64,000 nucleotides of DNA from Adineta vaga (taxonomy: Eukaryota; Animalia; Rotifera), in assembly GCA_021613535.1 (NCBI GenBank), contig CP075493.1, positions 15,562,001 through 15,626,000 on the forward strand, given 5' to 3'. This document shows, piece after piece, positions 37,137-49,239 of the stretch. Under the pieces are notes generated by a model. The model was not told the origin of the DNA. It made no database searches and saw only the letters and a program-made list of their open reading frames with translations. Each line of letters begins with the position of its first letter. The first letter of the stretch is position 1. The translations under genes were made by a program, and so were the position numbers.

Positions 37137-39593
37137 TTATTGATGATTATGTTCGAGTTTTTGTTGAAGGCGTGCAATATTTTTTCTAGTTTTTCTACAA
37201 ATCTCACCATAAGAATGAAGATCAGTATTACACATTTTCATTATTGAACGATAATAGTGTAATGCCTTTCGTAATTTCTTCATATCTTCATATACAGTAG
37301 CTAAACGATCAAGATTAATCATTAAATCATACATTTTGTCGGGAAAATAACGTTGACGAATGTCTAAAGCTTTTTTGTAAAATTCGATGGATTTTTCGTA
37401 TAGCTTCATGGTTCTGTAAGTCCGAGCAATATTGTCCAGAGTACGAACCATATGTTCATATTCTTTCGGTTTCAGTCTCTTTTGAGCGCTAAGTGCTTCC
37501 AATCGATATTCCAGAGCTTTGCCAGGATCATGTTCAAAAGTTTTTGCAATATCTTCAAGGATGTTGGAAACATTACGTTGTTGAGGAGGTGGTAGACATT
37601 TCCGTGTCATCTCAAGTGATTTTTGATAATAATCCAAAGCTTCGTTTCGGTTCTTCATTGCAAAATATATTTTACCGATGAAGTATAAACTAGAAGCGAT
37701 GTTAAGATGTTCGGGTAAGAGACATTCTTGTCGAAGTTTCAAAGCCATAAGGTTACAGTCAAGTGCTTTATCGTACTTTCCTTGTCGCCAGTAAGACCTT
37801 GCTATGTCAATGTAACTAAACGCATGTATATGATGTTTAGGTGGGAAAAATAATTTTCTTATTTCCGAAGCTTTATTTTGATAAATTATCGCTTTCTCAT
37901 GATCTTTTACACGCCAATAATACCGCCCGATGGAACTGTATATGGCTGCGCTCTCACCGTTATTATCACCTATTGTGCTTTTGAAAATATTTATCGCTTG
38001 TGTATGGCATTCTAAAGCCTTTGAAAATTTCCTCTGTCTATCAAAAACTAGACCCTTTCCGTGAAGTATCAGAGCTAAATGTATTTCCTCTCCTGAATTA
38101 GATTTCGAAGCTAAATTATATGCTTCATTTAAATGTTCTAAGGCTTCTTCACACTTATTCTGATGTTGTAGAGCGATACCAATTCGATTATGAATACGGG
38201 AAAGCTTTTCACCACCTGGATTCTTTAAAAGTTTTCGAAAATAATCTAATGATTTATTATACTGTCCAATTCTTTTTAATAATATTCCTATCATCAGTCT
38301 CGGACTTTCATACTTCATATCTTCTCTATATATTTCTTTATATTGTTTCGCAAGTTCTCCTCCTTTGTCAGTTGTTTTTATTTTGATTGAGTAATAATCA
38401 TTCTTAACGTCTTGCTCTATACTCTCAACCTGAAAGATTGAACCTGCATTAAACAAATATTCTTCTTCCGCATTACCAAACTGACTTAAACTGCTTATAT
38501 CCGCGAAAATGATCGAATCTTTACAGTGACATAGATCGCACTCGATTTCATATAAAACTGGTATAAAATCTGAATCTCTTCGGATAAATATTTCTGCACA
38601 CGAAATATTGCGACTAGTAGACCAATATTCGTTAGTTGCAATAAGCTTTCCTTTCGTTAACGTCAAACTTTCTAGTTCTTGCTTATGCAGACCTGAACCA
38701 CGGTATAAAATGAGTTTTTCTTCATTTTTATTCTTCATCTTTTCACATTCTCGATGGAGTTGTTTTGATAAACCAGCTATGTAGTAACGAAATTGATAGA
38801 GCTGTTCAATATCTTCTGTTCGGAGAGCCTTATTAATTATTTCAAATATAAATGTTGGCTTTGTATACCACCGAATACAATCTTTAATTTGAAAGGTTCG
38901 ATCGAATTCGTCGATCGTTTTAAGAGTTTGATCATTATCTTGATAAATTTGACGACAAACGTTTAACATTTCTTCCTTTGCACCACAATCATCATCAGGA
39001 GATAAGTGTTGAATAACTTCATGGAATAATTGAAACCTACGATGAAAAGTCATTTTTATATATTTTTATTTCTTCTCGTTATAGAACACAAGATATCCTG
39101 TTTCAAGTTCAAATATACATTACCAGAGATATCGACCAGAATATTTTGATAAATCACAAGTACCTTGCTGATATCGATTATAATTCGAAGGTAATTCTAT
39201 ACATTTGTTGAATTTATCGACAGTTTCCTTTATTGATTGAATAAGATCATCAGAATTATTAAAACTACCCACAATTTTTTCTTTAATAATATTATCAAAT
39301 AAATCTGTAGAATTTGCTGGAAAAATAAATAATGACTTTGATGACGATAGTTCGAGAATTCCTCTACGATACTTGACTGCATCTTCAGCAGATATAATAA
39401 CAAATATCTTTTGATTTTTTGTTGTTTCCATACTCTGGGTGAGTATATCAATATCCGTATAACAAATAATATTGATATTTTTAACAATTTTATTCTTATC
39501 ATCATCACCGGGATTGAACCACATAAGCGTTACATTTTCCTCAAGTTTTTTAACAGAATTCATTGTAGTTAATAAACGATCTTGTGAAGACAT
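37137..39593 (-). CDS. ADP-ribosyltransferase + TPR repeat protein (exons 39593-39124, 39036-37137)
   Basis: Intron 39123-39037 joins GRYLW-FQLFHEVI in frame. ART motifs LYRGSGL, WSTSRN, EEEYLF, followed by ~8 kinesin-light-chain-type TPRs. Confidence 0.88.
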
Positions 39594-39862
39594 TCCTTGG
39601 TACCTCTTCAGATCGACGACATCTTCATCTGATTGGTGAACTGTGTAAGAGGAAAGGAAAGAAAATATATTCGCTTATTCTCTTCAACAGATAGAAAGAG
39701 GGCGCTTGTTTATAGCGAACATGCTTAATGATTATTCATATTTTACGTAATAAATATTTATTAATAAATAATACAGATATATACAAAAGAAAAGAATGAA
39801 GTAGTATCTACCAATAATAAGTAAGAATATTGACGAACGAATAAATAAATATTAGCAAAAAG

Positions 39863-40412
39863 TTATGATATAACTGGATAAACTTCTTGAATAATTCGAA
39901 TCAAATTTTCAAGAGATCGATTACAAAATTTACGACGCCACATAAACTGAGCTGAATGAGAATCTAATAAACTACGATGTTGTCACATTTGATGCTTCTT
40001 TCTAATCTTGGCTACCATCCACATGTTCTCGACCGTTTGCGTATGAACTAATGTCGTCGGATCCACAAAATTAATAGAATGGTTAACAGTTTCATGAGTA
40101 TAACAATTTGGTCCATTATTAACATTAACTATTGAATTGTAAGCACGCCATTGATCACTATAAAATGTAGTACCAGGTAAAATAAATTGATGAATAAGTG
40201 GTAAAAATGTAGCAGCATCACGACGATCTACAGGTATAGCAAAAAATTCACGAGTATCGCGATCAATGCCTCCGAAAACCCATTGAGTTCCTACGGCACG
40301 TCCTCTGTTGTATTTTCTCTTTGTCCATGCACTCTCATCTATCTCGACTACATGATCTACGCCGCCAATGACTGCCGGATGTTTAATAAAATATTCTCCG
40401 CATAAATATCTA
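39863..40412 (-). mobile_element. Merlin/IS1016 (ISXO2-like) DDE transposase remnant
   Basis: Manual translation, not in the ORF track: IGGVDHVVEIDESAWTKRKYNRGRAVGTQWVFGGIDRDTREFFAIPVDRRDAATFLPLIHQFILPGTTFYSDQWRAYNSI...HETVNHSINFVDPTTLVHTQTVENMW...HQM*...FMWRRKF; in-frame TGA at 39983-39985. Confidence 0.88.
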
Positions 40413-40810
40413 ATAACTATATTTACAAAATAAGAGAGTTTGTCTCTTTCTTTAATTCACAAAGAAAGAACAAATAGCTATTTAGAAAGAGTTAGATATT
40501 CTATAGCAAACCATCTATGAATTCTATTTTGTTATAAATCAAAAGATCAGCAATATCCAAAAAATAGAACACAGGAAAGAAAATTCTGATTAGAAATTAG
40601 CTTAAATGAAAGAAACAGAAAAACAATATAAGAAAAGATCTACATAATAATAATATTGAATATTCTAGCATAATTCACTCTATCACCCTATCAAAAATGA
40701 TTCAAATATAAATAAATACGTAAAAAAATTCGTTCATGAATTAAATAAGAATTAATCAATATTTTTATCATCAACATTATTATCTTCATTTTTAAATGTT
40801 GGATTTCGGC

Positions 40811-40890
40811 CATCTTGAGGGTGCGTGTGGGTGAGGATGGGTAATACTCTTCTTTTCACCCTCACCTACCCACAACCACACCCACACCCT
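40811..40890. repeat. telomere-like inverted hairpin element
   Basis: catcttgagggtgcgtgtgggtgaggatgggt-aatactcttctttt-caccctcacctacccacaaccacacccacaccct. Confidence 0.8.
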
Positions 40891-40894
40891 TTAT

Positions 40895-41350
40895 TGCGAG
40901 GGGAGGTTCACGTTTTTTTTCAGATACTGGTGTACCGTCTAAAGTCAGCATAGTGTCACACGAGATTTAAAAATGCCTTAGCAATGTAACAAAGTATTCA
41001 AAATCTGTCGAAGACGCTTTAAATGAAAGGTTATCAGTGAGAAATAAAAGCAGCAAAAACAATGAAAAGGTTTCCCTTACTCGCGTTAAAACAGAACCAT
41101 CAAGTAAAATCTGAAAACCTTGTTGTCACACTGTACGTCACCCGAGATTTTGTATTTTGTTTCTGCTGTAACTCCTGTCAACTGAAACAAACTGAGCTGG
41201 AATTTTTATCATTTGATCTACTAGTTATAGTGAACTATTGTTGAAAATATCGGCATTGGAAAATGTATCTTTCATATGAAAGTCGGTCAAATAGTGTAAA
41301 AGTGTCGCGCGAGTTTTTTTGGGTGAACTGTCACACGAGACTTTTGTGAG
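40895..41350. repeat. four spaced copies of a GTCACACGAG-like motif; possible transposon subterminal region
   Basis: gtgtcacacgagattt (~40953), cgtcacccgagatttt (~41136), gtgtcgcgcgagtttt (~41302), ctgtcacacgagactt (~41328). Confidence 0.4.
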
Positions 41351-41774
41351 ACAGTTAGTTTAGATTTTTCTATTCAACATTAGCACAAAACTAACGCGGA
41401 AGTAGTTCTGTATACAACAAATAATTACTCTGATGATATAGATAATAGACACATGACATTACTTAATTTGAAAATAAATTTTCATTGTTCAATCCTAATT
41501 TGCAAACTCCCCAGAAATCGTCGATGGTAATAGCATAAAAAGTGTTCATTCAGTTTGTCAAAAGTATTCTTTTACATCGCGCTTTTTTAAGATGAACAAA
41601 TAAATGGTTTTTGAATGATCTTTTAACTATTGTTAATACATAATTCATAAAATAAGACATTTTTTCTATTATATATTACTATATTTTAAGTCTAGTTCAA
41701 ATTGCAAAATATAGTATAATTAGTTAGAATAGGTGATAGATATATTTCCTATAAAAATATTTGTGTTTTACTAA

Positions 41775-41927
41775 TGGGTCAAAACCAAAACAAAACCGAA
41801 ACATTATCAAAACCAATACATCAATATCAAAACCTAATCGAAACCACCTCAAAACTATTATTCCAAAACCAAAACTAAATCGAAACCAAATCTCCAAAAC
41901 CAAGAGTTTTGGTATTGGTGCATGCCT
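41775..41927. mobile_element. one end of a hAT-like MITE with AAAACC/GAAACC subterminal repeats
   Basis: About ten RAAACC motifs ending in ggtgcatgccta (TAGGCATGCACC on the minus strand); no partner end seen. Confidence 0.45.
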
Positions 41928-42219
41928 ATTTATTGCTGGTGACAATCAAGTCTATCTATGTCAATGGTTATGATTAGTTACTGGTGTCAAGTTGAAGTTT
42001 AATTCATTGAAAATAACCAAATTAGTTCAATATGGTTTTCTTAACATCCAATTCCATGTTTTGTTCTAATTTACATTTGTAACATCTGTATATTTTTCAT
42101 TGAATTGTGTTTGTGTTATAATTGATAATGATCTTCAAATAAGGTCGAACATTCCTGTTTAATAAAAAAACTCTTTACATTTCATTAAAACCTCGTTCTT
42201 CGTTATATTATATTATTCA

Positions 42220-42745
42220 ATAAATGACACGTCACCTTGTAAAATATGTTCTTTTTATAATAAGAAAGAAGAGTATGTAGCTGTGAATTGTGAGGTTATC
42301 TTCAATCGTGTCTTCAAAAAGTAATTGGTAGTAGTAGGATTCGAACCCACGAAAGAACAGTGCTTGAAACTGCCGCCATAGACCGCTCGGCCATACTACC
42401 GAAAGATGTAGTGAGAACATAAGATTCTGTTCTGTTTCTTTTCATAATCAATCATGCAATAACTCTCACTTATTGCATCATACATCAAGAAACAGTAACA
42501 ATGTGATGTCATTTCATTGAAAGCATAGAAAACATTCTGCACAGCATCGATTGTTGATCAAATGAAAAACAATAGATTTCAATTCCATGAGATATAACCT
42601 GAAATTCATCATAGATTGACATTATTATCATTTACCGATCATCGTTTCGAACAGATACACTTCGCTCGTTATAACAATGCGTTATAGGGTGTGGTTATTC
42701 TGTTCAACACACACCGACACCCAACTGTGACATATCCTCAAGATG
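42220..42745. repeat. dispersed tRNA-bearing module, copy C (ends in a hairpin element at 42687-42745)
   Basis: Near-identical blocks shared with copies B and D; terminal agggtgtggtt...cacacaccgacaccc...cctcaagatg. Confidence 0.85.
42326..42400 (-). tRNA. tRNA-Leu(CAA) with a short variable loop
   Basis: Identical to 31564-31638. Confidence 0.78.
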
Positions 42746-43027
42746 CAAATATGCATTGAAATTAAAAAAAGAGAGGTAGAAAACGAGTATTTCCACTATT
42801 TTAAAAGGTCAAGTATATGTTTATCATACTAAAAGAACGATTTATGCCGTACTCAAACGTTCGAAGATTTTTTTGCCTTGTCATGCACTTTGTTTTTTGT
42901 CTTCTCAACATTATATAAATCGTTCTTTTCTTTTCCTTTTTCTTTTCACAGTAGTACACGTGAATCGTGTAAAAACGTGTTGCATTTAGAAGTATCAATG
43001 TTATAGTTTACGTTATACTTATAAGTA

Positions 43028-44053
43028 ATGGCAAACTCTTTACATCGTTTAAATTCTTCATTAAGTGATAAGAATTTTAAACTATCATGGGATATCGTTC
43101 GGTCTAAATTGATTCCACTTGATCATTCATCGATTGATGCAATTCTTACACACGACAATCCTCAACAACCTACTATTGTTCTTCCTGATGGCCGAACATT
43201 TTTCTGGTACCTTGCTATAGGAAGTATGAATAATCCGATATCATTGTATCTTCGAAATCTCTCTCCAATTCTTTCGTATCCAGCAAGATGTCTTAATTAT
43301 CGTGTTGTTTTTCGAGGGCCTGGTGGTATGGCTGATTTAGAACTGTGTGATGAAGCAGAATTCGATGGAGTTGTTCATTTACTTTCTGAAGAGCAAATGG
43401 ATCGTTTAGATAAAATGGAAATGAGCTATCAACGAATCGTAGTTCCGATTATTGACTATCAAAATCAATCTCATGCTGTCTATGCATATCAAATGACATT
43501 AACGAATATGCTAGATAATTTGCCAAGCGAACGTTATCTCGATATCATTGTGAAAGGATGTGAACATTATGGTGTTCGCTCAGAGTATATCAATCGACTA
43601 CGACAGGAGCAACCAGTAGTGCCTCGAAAAGAACCGCACATGTATCAGTCTATTACGGATGTACCGTCTGATGTATTTTATACACTTGATGAACTTGCAA
43701 AACATAACGGAACTGATCCTGAATATCCATTATGGATTTGTATTAATGGTAAAATTCTAGAACATGTTGGACTACCACCTAGTGATGATCCTGATTACGA
43801 AACACAAAAACGTTTCCACGCCATTATCCATTCACGATTTTCTGGACGTGAAGCTGATTTTGAAATAGCCAAAGGCTTATATGAACCTTTGCACAAGTTA
43901 CCATTAAGTGAAGAAGACTTGTCCGATGAACATCGAGCAATGCTTGAAGATAATTATCTATCAATGCTGTTTCGAGGTGGTCAAAACAATATCTACTGGA
44001 AACCCGTCGGACGATTGTATCGGTCGAGCAAGAATACGAACTCCTCCTCATAG
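43028..44053 (+). CDS. gamma-glutamylcyclotransferase (AIG2-like) domain fused to a cytochrome b5-like heme/steroid-binding domain
   Basis: FWYLAIGSMNN...GVVHLLSEEQMDRLDKMEMSY...PSERYLDIIVKGCEHYGV (GGCT) followed by FYTLDELAKHNGTDPEYPLWICINGKILE (cyt-b5 fold start); intronless. Confidence 0.75.
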   Translation: MANSLHRLNSSLSDKNFKLSWDIVRSKLIPLDHSSIDAILTHDNPQQPTIVLPDGRTFFWYLAIGSMNNPISLYLRNLSPILSYPARCLNYRVVFRGPGGMADLELCDEAEFDGVVHLLSEEQMDRLDKMEMSYQRIVVPIIDYQNQSHAVYAYQMTLTNMLDNLPSERYLDIIVKGCEHYGVRSEYINRLRQEQPVVPRKEPHMYQSITDVPSDVFYTLDELAKHNGTDPEYPLWICINGKILEHVGLPPSDDPDYETQKRFHAIIHSRFSGREADFEIAKGLYEPLHKLPLSEEDLSDEHRAMLEDNYLSMLFRGGQNNIYWKPVGRLYRSSKNTNSSS

Positions 44054-44933
44054 CTCCATAAGAAAATGTATTGTCGTCGAAAGGAAGACAAAACAATTTT
44101 GTCCCTGAAATGGATCTAAATGAAAAAGGTTCACGCGATGTTTCTCATTTAAAGCTAATTTAAGACCAAATTGTTTCCCCTCTTTTCTCTTTTTTTGAAA
44201 AATTCTATTTCATAAAGAGATATTTGTATGAAATTATGTTACGGTCAAGCGGCATCATTATCTTTGCATAATAAATATACTGAAATTTACTTTTAAATGA
44301 AACAATCTATTTAGCTTCAGTTTCGATAAGTTCTATATAATCAATATCATCTTCACATTTTGATGATCCTGACTTTTCGGTCAATATCATTGTGATGAAT
44401 CATAAACTACATTGATCAGGGTATGAGTGAATGTGGATGTGTACTAGCTTCCATAATCTATGTTTCATCCCGGCTAAACGAATAGTCAGATGATAATAAT
44501 TACTTCATGATTCAATAATCACAAGTAAAGAACTAAATCAATTCGAAATATACGAAGAAATTAGAAAAGATTATTTCAATCCAATAGGGGTGTGTACTAG
44601 CTACCATAATCTAGATTTTATCTTAAGCTAGGAAGACTCTTCAGATCGGTAAAATTTGTTATAATGCAAAGATAAACAAAATCGATATTTAAATTAGGTG
44701 TTAATGATGAGATTTTTTCTATTTGATATAAAGTTATCACTTCGACCTTTTTCATTTCTATTAGCAAAGTAAATGTGTTTAGGCATTCAGTTGATTAACT
44801 ATTCAATATTGAGGATTAATACTTCTTTTGTAATTATATCGGTACTCAAAATTCATCATTAATTTGAACAATGACGTTAAATGTGTTTTTTTTGTGTCTA
44901 AGATAAAAAGCTTTTAGCATCAACGTTGATAAA

Positions 44934-46087
44934 CTAGAATTTTCTAATAATATCTTGTACCTCTTGAATATGAGAATTGAATAGTTGAAACGAAAATATT
45001 TCTTTTTCGAATAAGGAAAAAGTCTTTAAATTAATTTTTTTTAAAACTAAAAACGTTTCATATAAACTTCTATTATGTTCATCTGGTTTCTTTTTAACTT
45101 CTTCTTTATATATTGTCCAAAATCGTGTCAACAAATGATCTATTTCTTGTTTTGAACGTTGCCCATTGCGTTGAAGTGTCTGGATTAATGATGATTCACT
45201 CCAACTTTGTGTAGAATCAGTTATTTTTTGAGCAAATTCTTCAATTGTTAATTAATCTTGTTGATATGGTTCATAAATATTTGATTTACTAAGACGATGA
45301 TCAGATGTAATCAATTGAAATGAACAACGATTAAAAATTTCTTCATTAAAACATTCTTCATATGAACGACGATGCATTGGAAAAGTATAATCAAGTAATT
45401 CTTCGTCATTCAATGGAAGTAATTGAGCACATTTATAAAGTAAATCATAACCATATTTAACCATACTTTCGCCATGTTTATCAGTACAATGAATTCCAAG
45501 AATAAGAATACCACCTGGACGAAGTTCACATGAACGATGTTCCAAAAATTGAATATAATCAAGTTGAGCTTGTGTTTTAAATGCTTCAAGTTCTTCACCT
45601 TAAGCAAAACATGATATACAATGATTTGATATATTACATGGTTTTCGAGAAAGCCAATGAATAGAAGATGATGAATGACTCAACGTTACAGAATTTAATG
45701 GAAGACATTGTTCGTAAAAAGAACGACCATTTGCTACACCAAAATAAGATTTATCTTCTAAAAGAATATTGAACAATGATGACCAATCATTTGTTGGTAG
45801 ATCATTATGAATAACTAAAAATGTTCTTTCAGTTTTTTTGATTTCGTGAATAAGATCAATTATAATTTTCATAATATAATGAGAATTAGAACCGTGAGCA
45901 GAATCAAAATCTGCAAGAATTATTGGAGAAGGTGAAGGGATAATTCAAGTGTATGAATTGCATTTTGAATACATGTTCTGGAAGATTGAATTGCAGCCAG
46001 TTGTGCATAAGAATTAGAATTATATGAACCTGTCATACCTAATATTCCTTCGGAATTTATTGTCAGTGTATTTTGATGAATATCCAT
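44934..46087 (-). pseudogene. SABATH-family SAM-dependent carboxyl methyltransferase, disrupted
   Basis: GMTGSYNSNSYAQ, ADFDSAHGSNS, HNDLPTNDWSSLF, GRSFYEQCLP, SSSSIHWLS, FLEHRSCELRPGG. Frameshift near 45940; in-frame stops at 45600-45602 and 45252-45254; intronless. Confidence 0.82.
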
Positions 46088-46912
46088 TATTTTTTAACGA
46101 ATACAATATTATTATACAGAAAAAAGAAAAATATATCATAGAAGCACATCATTATATCACTAAATTTTTTATCTTCAGATAAAATTATGATATTGTTCTT
46201 TTGTTATTCTAACAGATATCTAAAGCAATACCAAAGTTTTTTTTTAAATATTACGAGTTTGAAGCGATGTCACACGCCTAGAATATCCGAAAATACTTCT
46301 CCTCTTCAGATGGGTGTGCGTCTGAGAATAAATCCATATTAAATAAATAAATTCTAGTAGCCCCTCACATATTTTCTTCGCACGGGAAGTGAGGACGAAC
46401 AAAGTATTATATTACATCATCATACTTCCTAAATAAAAATGAGAGAGAAAATATCTCGAGGCAATATAGTTTTCGATAACAATCAACGTGGGAATATCAT
46501 ATACTGTTTAGAAGTGACTAATAGCTAATTAGAGTTTCATTCGATTAATAAAGCTAAGATTCGAAAAGCTATAAAGTATCATTTGTAATTTATCGATACA
46601 TCTAAACTGGAAAAAGAAATTAGTAATATAATGGCAGATGATTTCCTTTACCACGATCTTTGTTGGAAAAATCGAAACATAAATGAGTAACTAGGAAATA
46701 CATTAAAATCACAATTAGGGGTAAGTGTGGTCAGATTTATCTTTCGTTTCTCCAAAATGCAGTCGCAAAAATGTCATATTTCGATTAATCGATTTGGACA
46801 TTTTTATTCGAATATGAGGAAGTATTTATTGACTGAGTCATATAAATATACCTGTATAAATAGTGTAATTCTATCATAACATACTGCATATATCAAAACA
46901 ATACAGAAAAAT

Positions 46913-47889
46913 ATGAACAGCTTTATGAAGGTTCTCGTTGTGTTGTTACTGCTTTCCATTGATGTTTTATTGGCTCAGGACGCAGCTAATTCAACCGTTG
47001 GTATTAGTAGTGCAATAGTGATACGTCCACGATCAATGTCTATCGACTTTTGGACACAAGAAAGAATGAAAGCAGCTAAAGAACCTACGATTGTTCCACC
47101 GAAAAACAGTTCAAGCACTGGTCGCGCTATGTCAATATCAACTGGTCCTCAACTCACAGTTCCTGGTCATACTTCTGATACTACTAGTCCATTAGCAAGA
47201 GCTCTCAATGCTCGTGGACGTTATGTAGCTACTACTGGCGAGTATTTTGGTCATGCGATAAGACATCATTAAGCTGTTGTTCTGCAAGTGTTATACCATC
47301 AACAAGTGGCGATCTGGTTGTAACAGCAGGTCATTGTGTGTACGATACCACTGCATCACAATGGTTGACCAGTTGTAATTGGATTTTTGTACCAGGTTAT
47401 GAGAATGGTAATGCTCCTTATGGCCGATGGCCTGCTCGACAAGTAGCTGCTTTAAATCTATGGACTCGATCAAATCCAAATTTTAACTACGATGTAGCCT
47501 TTGTTGCTTTATCACAAGTAAATGGAAAACACATTACACAAGTCACTGGAAGTCAATCATTAGGTTTCAATTATCCTCGAAATCAACCAACATATGCTTT
47601 TGGATATCCAGTTAATCTTGCCAAAGGAGAAGTTCTTCAATTATGCAAAGGAACAACAAGTGCTTCGAAATACACAGCAAATAGTTACATTGGACAAGGA
47701 TTGTCTAATTGCTACATGGCAGGTGGTTGTTCAGGTGGTCCATGGTTACAGCAGTTCAATGAAGCAACTGGTGTAGGAGTGACCTATTCAGTAAATAGTT
47801 TCACCTATACGTTAGCACCAAATACAATCAATGGGCCTGTCTTCGACTCAAATATTCAAACACTTTGGAACTATATGACCGCTCGTTAA
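46913..47889 (+). pseudogene. secreted trypsin-like serine peptidase (actinobacterial type) with a single 1-nt frameshift
   Basis: Signal peptide, FWTQERMKAA, TTG/RVFW...CSASVI...VVTAGHCV, YDVAFV, GGCSGGPW (H-D-S triad intact); frame changes at ~47238. Confidence 0.8.
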
Positions 47890-48603
47890 GAACGGTATAA
47901 ATCATTACAACTATAATCCCGATTGCATGTACTTTTATACTGAACTTTTTTTTTCTTAATTATTTTAAGCATTTAATAAAGAATATGATATCCTCATTTT
48001 TCCTATGATAATTCTTATGAAATAACTAGCGATACGATATTATGAAGGTTAATTTATAGATTGATCAGTAAACTGATGTTTCTCTCACTCACACTCTCTC
48101 ATATGATGGTAGCAGATGTTTATGTCGTTTCATTTGTTGTTGAAAGTGCTGTTGAAATGGTTTACCTCGTTGAACATTCGATCGACTAAGACTCACAAAA
48201 ATAACAATTAATATAGTAGAAATTGTATTGATAATCAATGGACCAACAAAAGTCAGTGTCATTGTTGGTAGAAAAGCAAATGGAAATAATAAAAATCATC
48301 GAATACAAAACTTCAATAGAGAATTCTATTAGTTTGAATAGAAATAAAATAGATTGTTTTGAATTACTAAAATGATAAATATCTCAATGGAAATAAACAT
48401 ATCCTCTAAAAAATAAACTAATGATATATTTTATCATACTTGTGTAAATAATCTATTTCAATGACTTTTTTTTCATTTTGTTTTTGTTCTGCTACTTCGT
48501 AATGATGTTTAGTTACATTGCCTCGTTCTTTTATCATATATTTATACAATTATAGATAAGGCACGTTGTTACTTTTTCGTTTGTCTTTCGACAATACCAA
48601 TAC

Positions 48604-49125
48604 ATGGCAAGAGCAAATACAACAACCTGTTTCACATGTAGTCGAAGTAACGGTACATACTTATGTGTAAATTGTTCGCAATACTTTTGTTTTGAACATT
48701 TGAATGAACATCGTCAGTTGCTGGAAAATCAGTTAATTAGTATAGAAGATCAACGTAATAATTTTCTTCAGACAGTTAATGAACAGAAATCGAATCGATT
48801 AAAGCATTCAATTATAAAACAAATTGATCGATGCGAATATGATTCAATTAATAAAATTCGACAAGCGGCAGAAGAATCTAGACAACTATTAGTTCCACTC
48901 GTTCAAAAACATATTCCTAAAGTTGAAGTCAAATTAAAAGTATTAACTGAACGGCTAAAACAAACTCGACAAGAAAAGGATATTAACGAAACTAATTTAA
49001 TAGAATATAAAGAAAAATTAGACCAATTAATCGAGGAACTGGACAAAATAAGAAATGTTTTAATTAAAGAAGATACCACACCATTCATAGCAAAACTTTC
49101 AGTTGTTATACTTTCTCGTAAGTGA
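48604..49125 (+). CDS. B-box-type zinc finger + coiled-coil (TRIM-like N-terminus), probably 3'-truncated
   Basis: CFTC...CVNCSQYFCFEHLNEH, then a coiled coil; splice donor gtaagt at the ORF end; the putative second exon runs into tRNA module D. Confidence 0.7.
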   Translation: MARANTTTCFTCSRSNGTYLCVNCSQYFCFEHLNEHRQLLENQLISIEDQRNNFLQTVNEQKSNRLKHSIIKQIDRCEYDSINKIRQAAEESRQLLVPLVQKHIPKVEVKLKVLTERLKQTRQEKDINETNLIEYKEKLDQLIEELDKIRNVLIKEDTTPFIAKLSVVILSRK

Positions 49126-49239
49126 TACACAATATCAGATCCTTCGAAATTGAGCAAATAACTTACTTAGCTAAACTTTATCATATTATAGCACAACTGT
49201 ATATTCCAGCTATTTCTAACGTAATAAAAAGAAAATATT

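Noticed and set aside
41724-41973. KPK-rich and FGF-rich ORFs on both strands
   Set aside because: By-products of AAAACC subterminal repeats.
44441-44612. 22-bp direct repeat gtgtactagct(t/a)ccataatcta
   Set aside because: Only two copies, no associated structure beyond a degenerate G-rich arm; probably a small local duplication.
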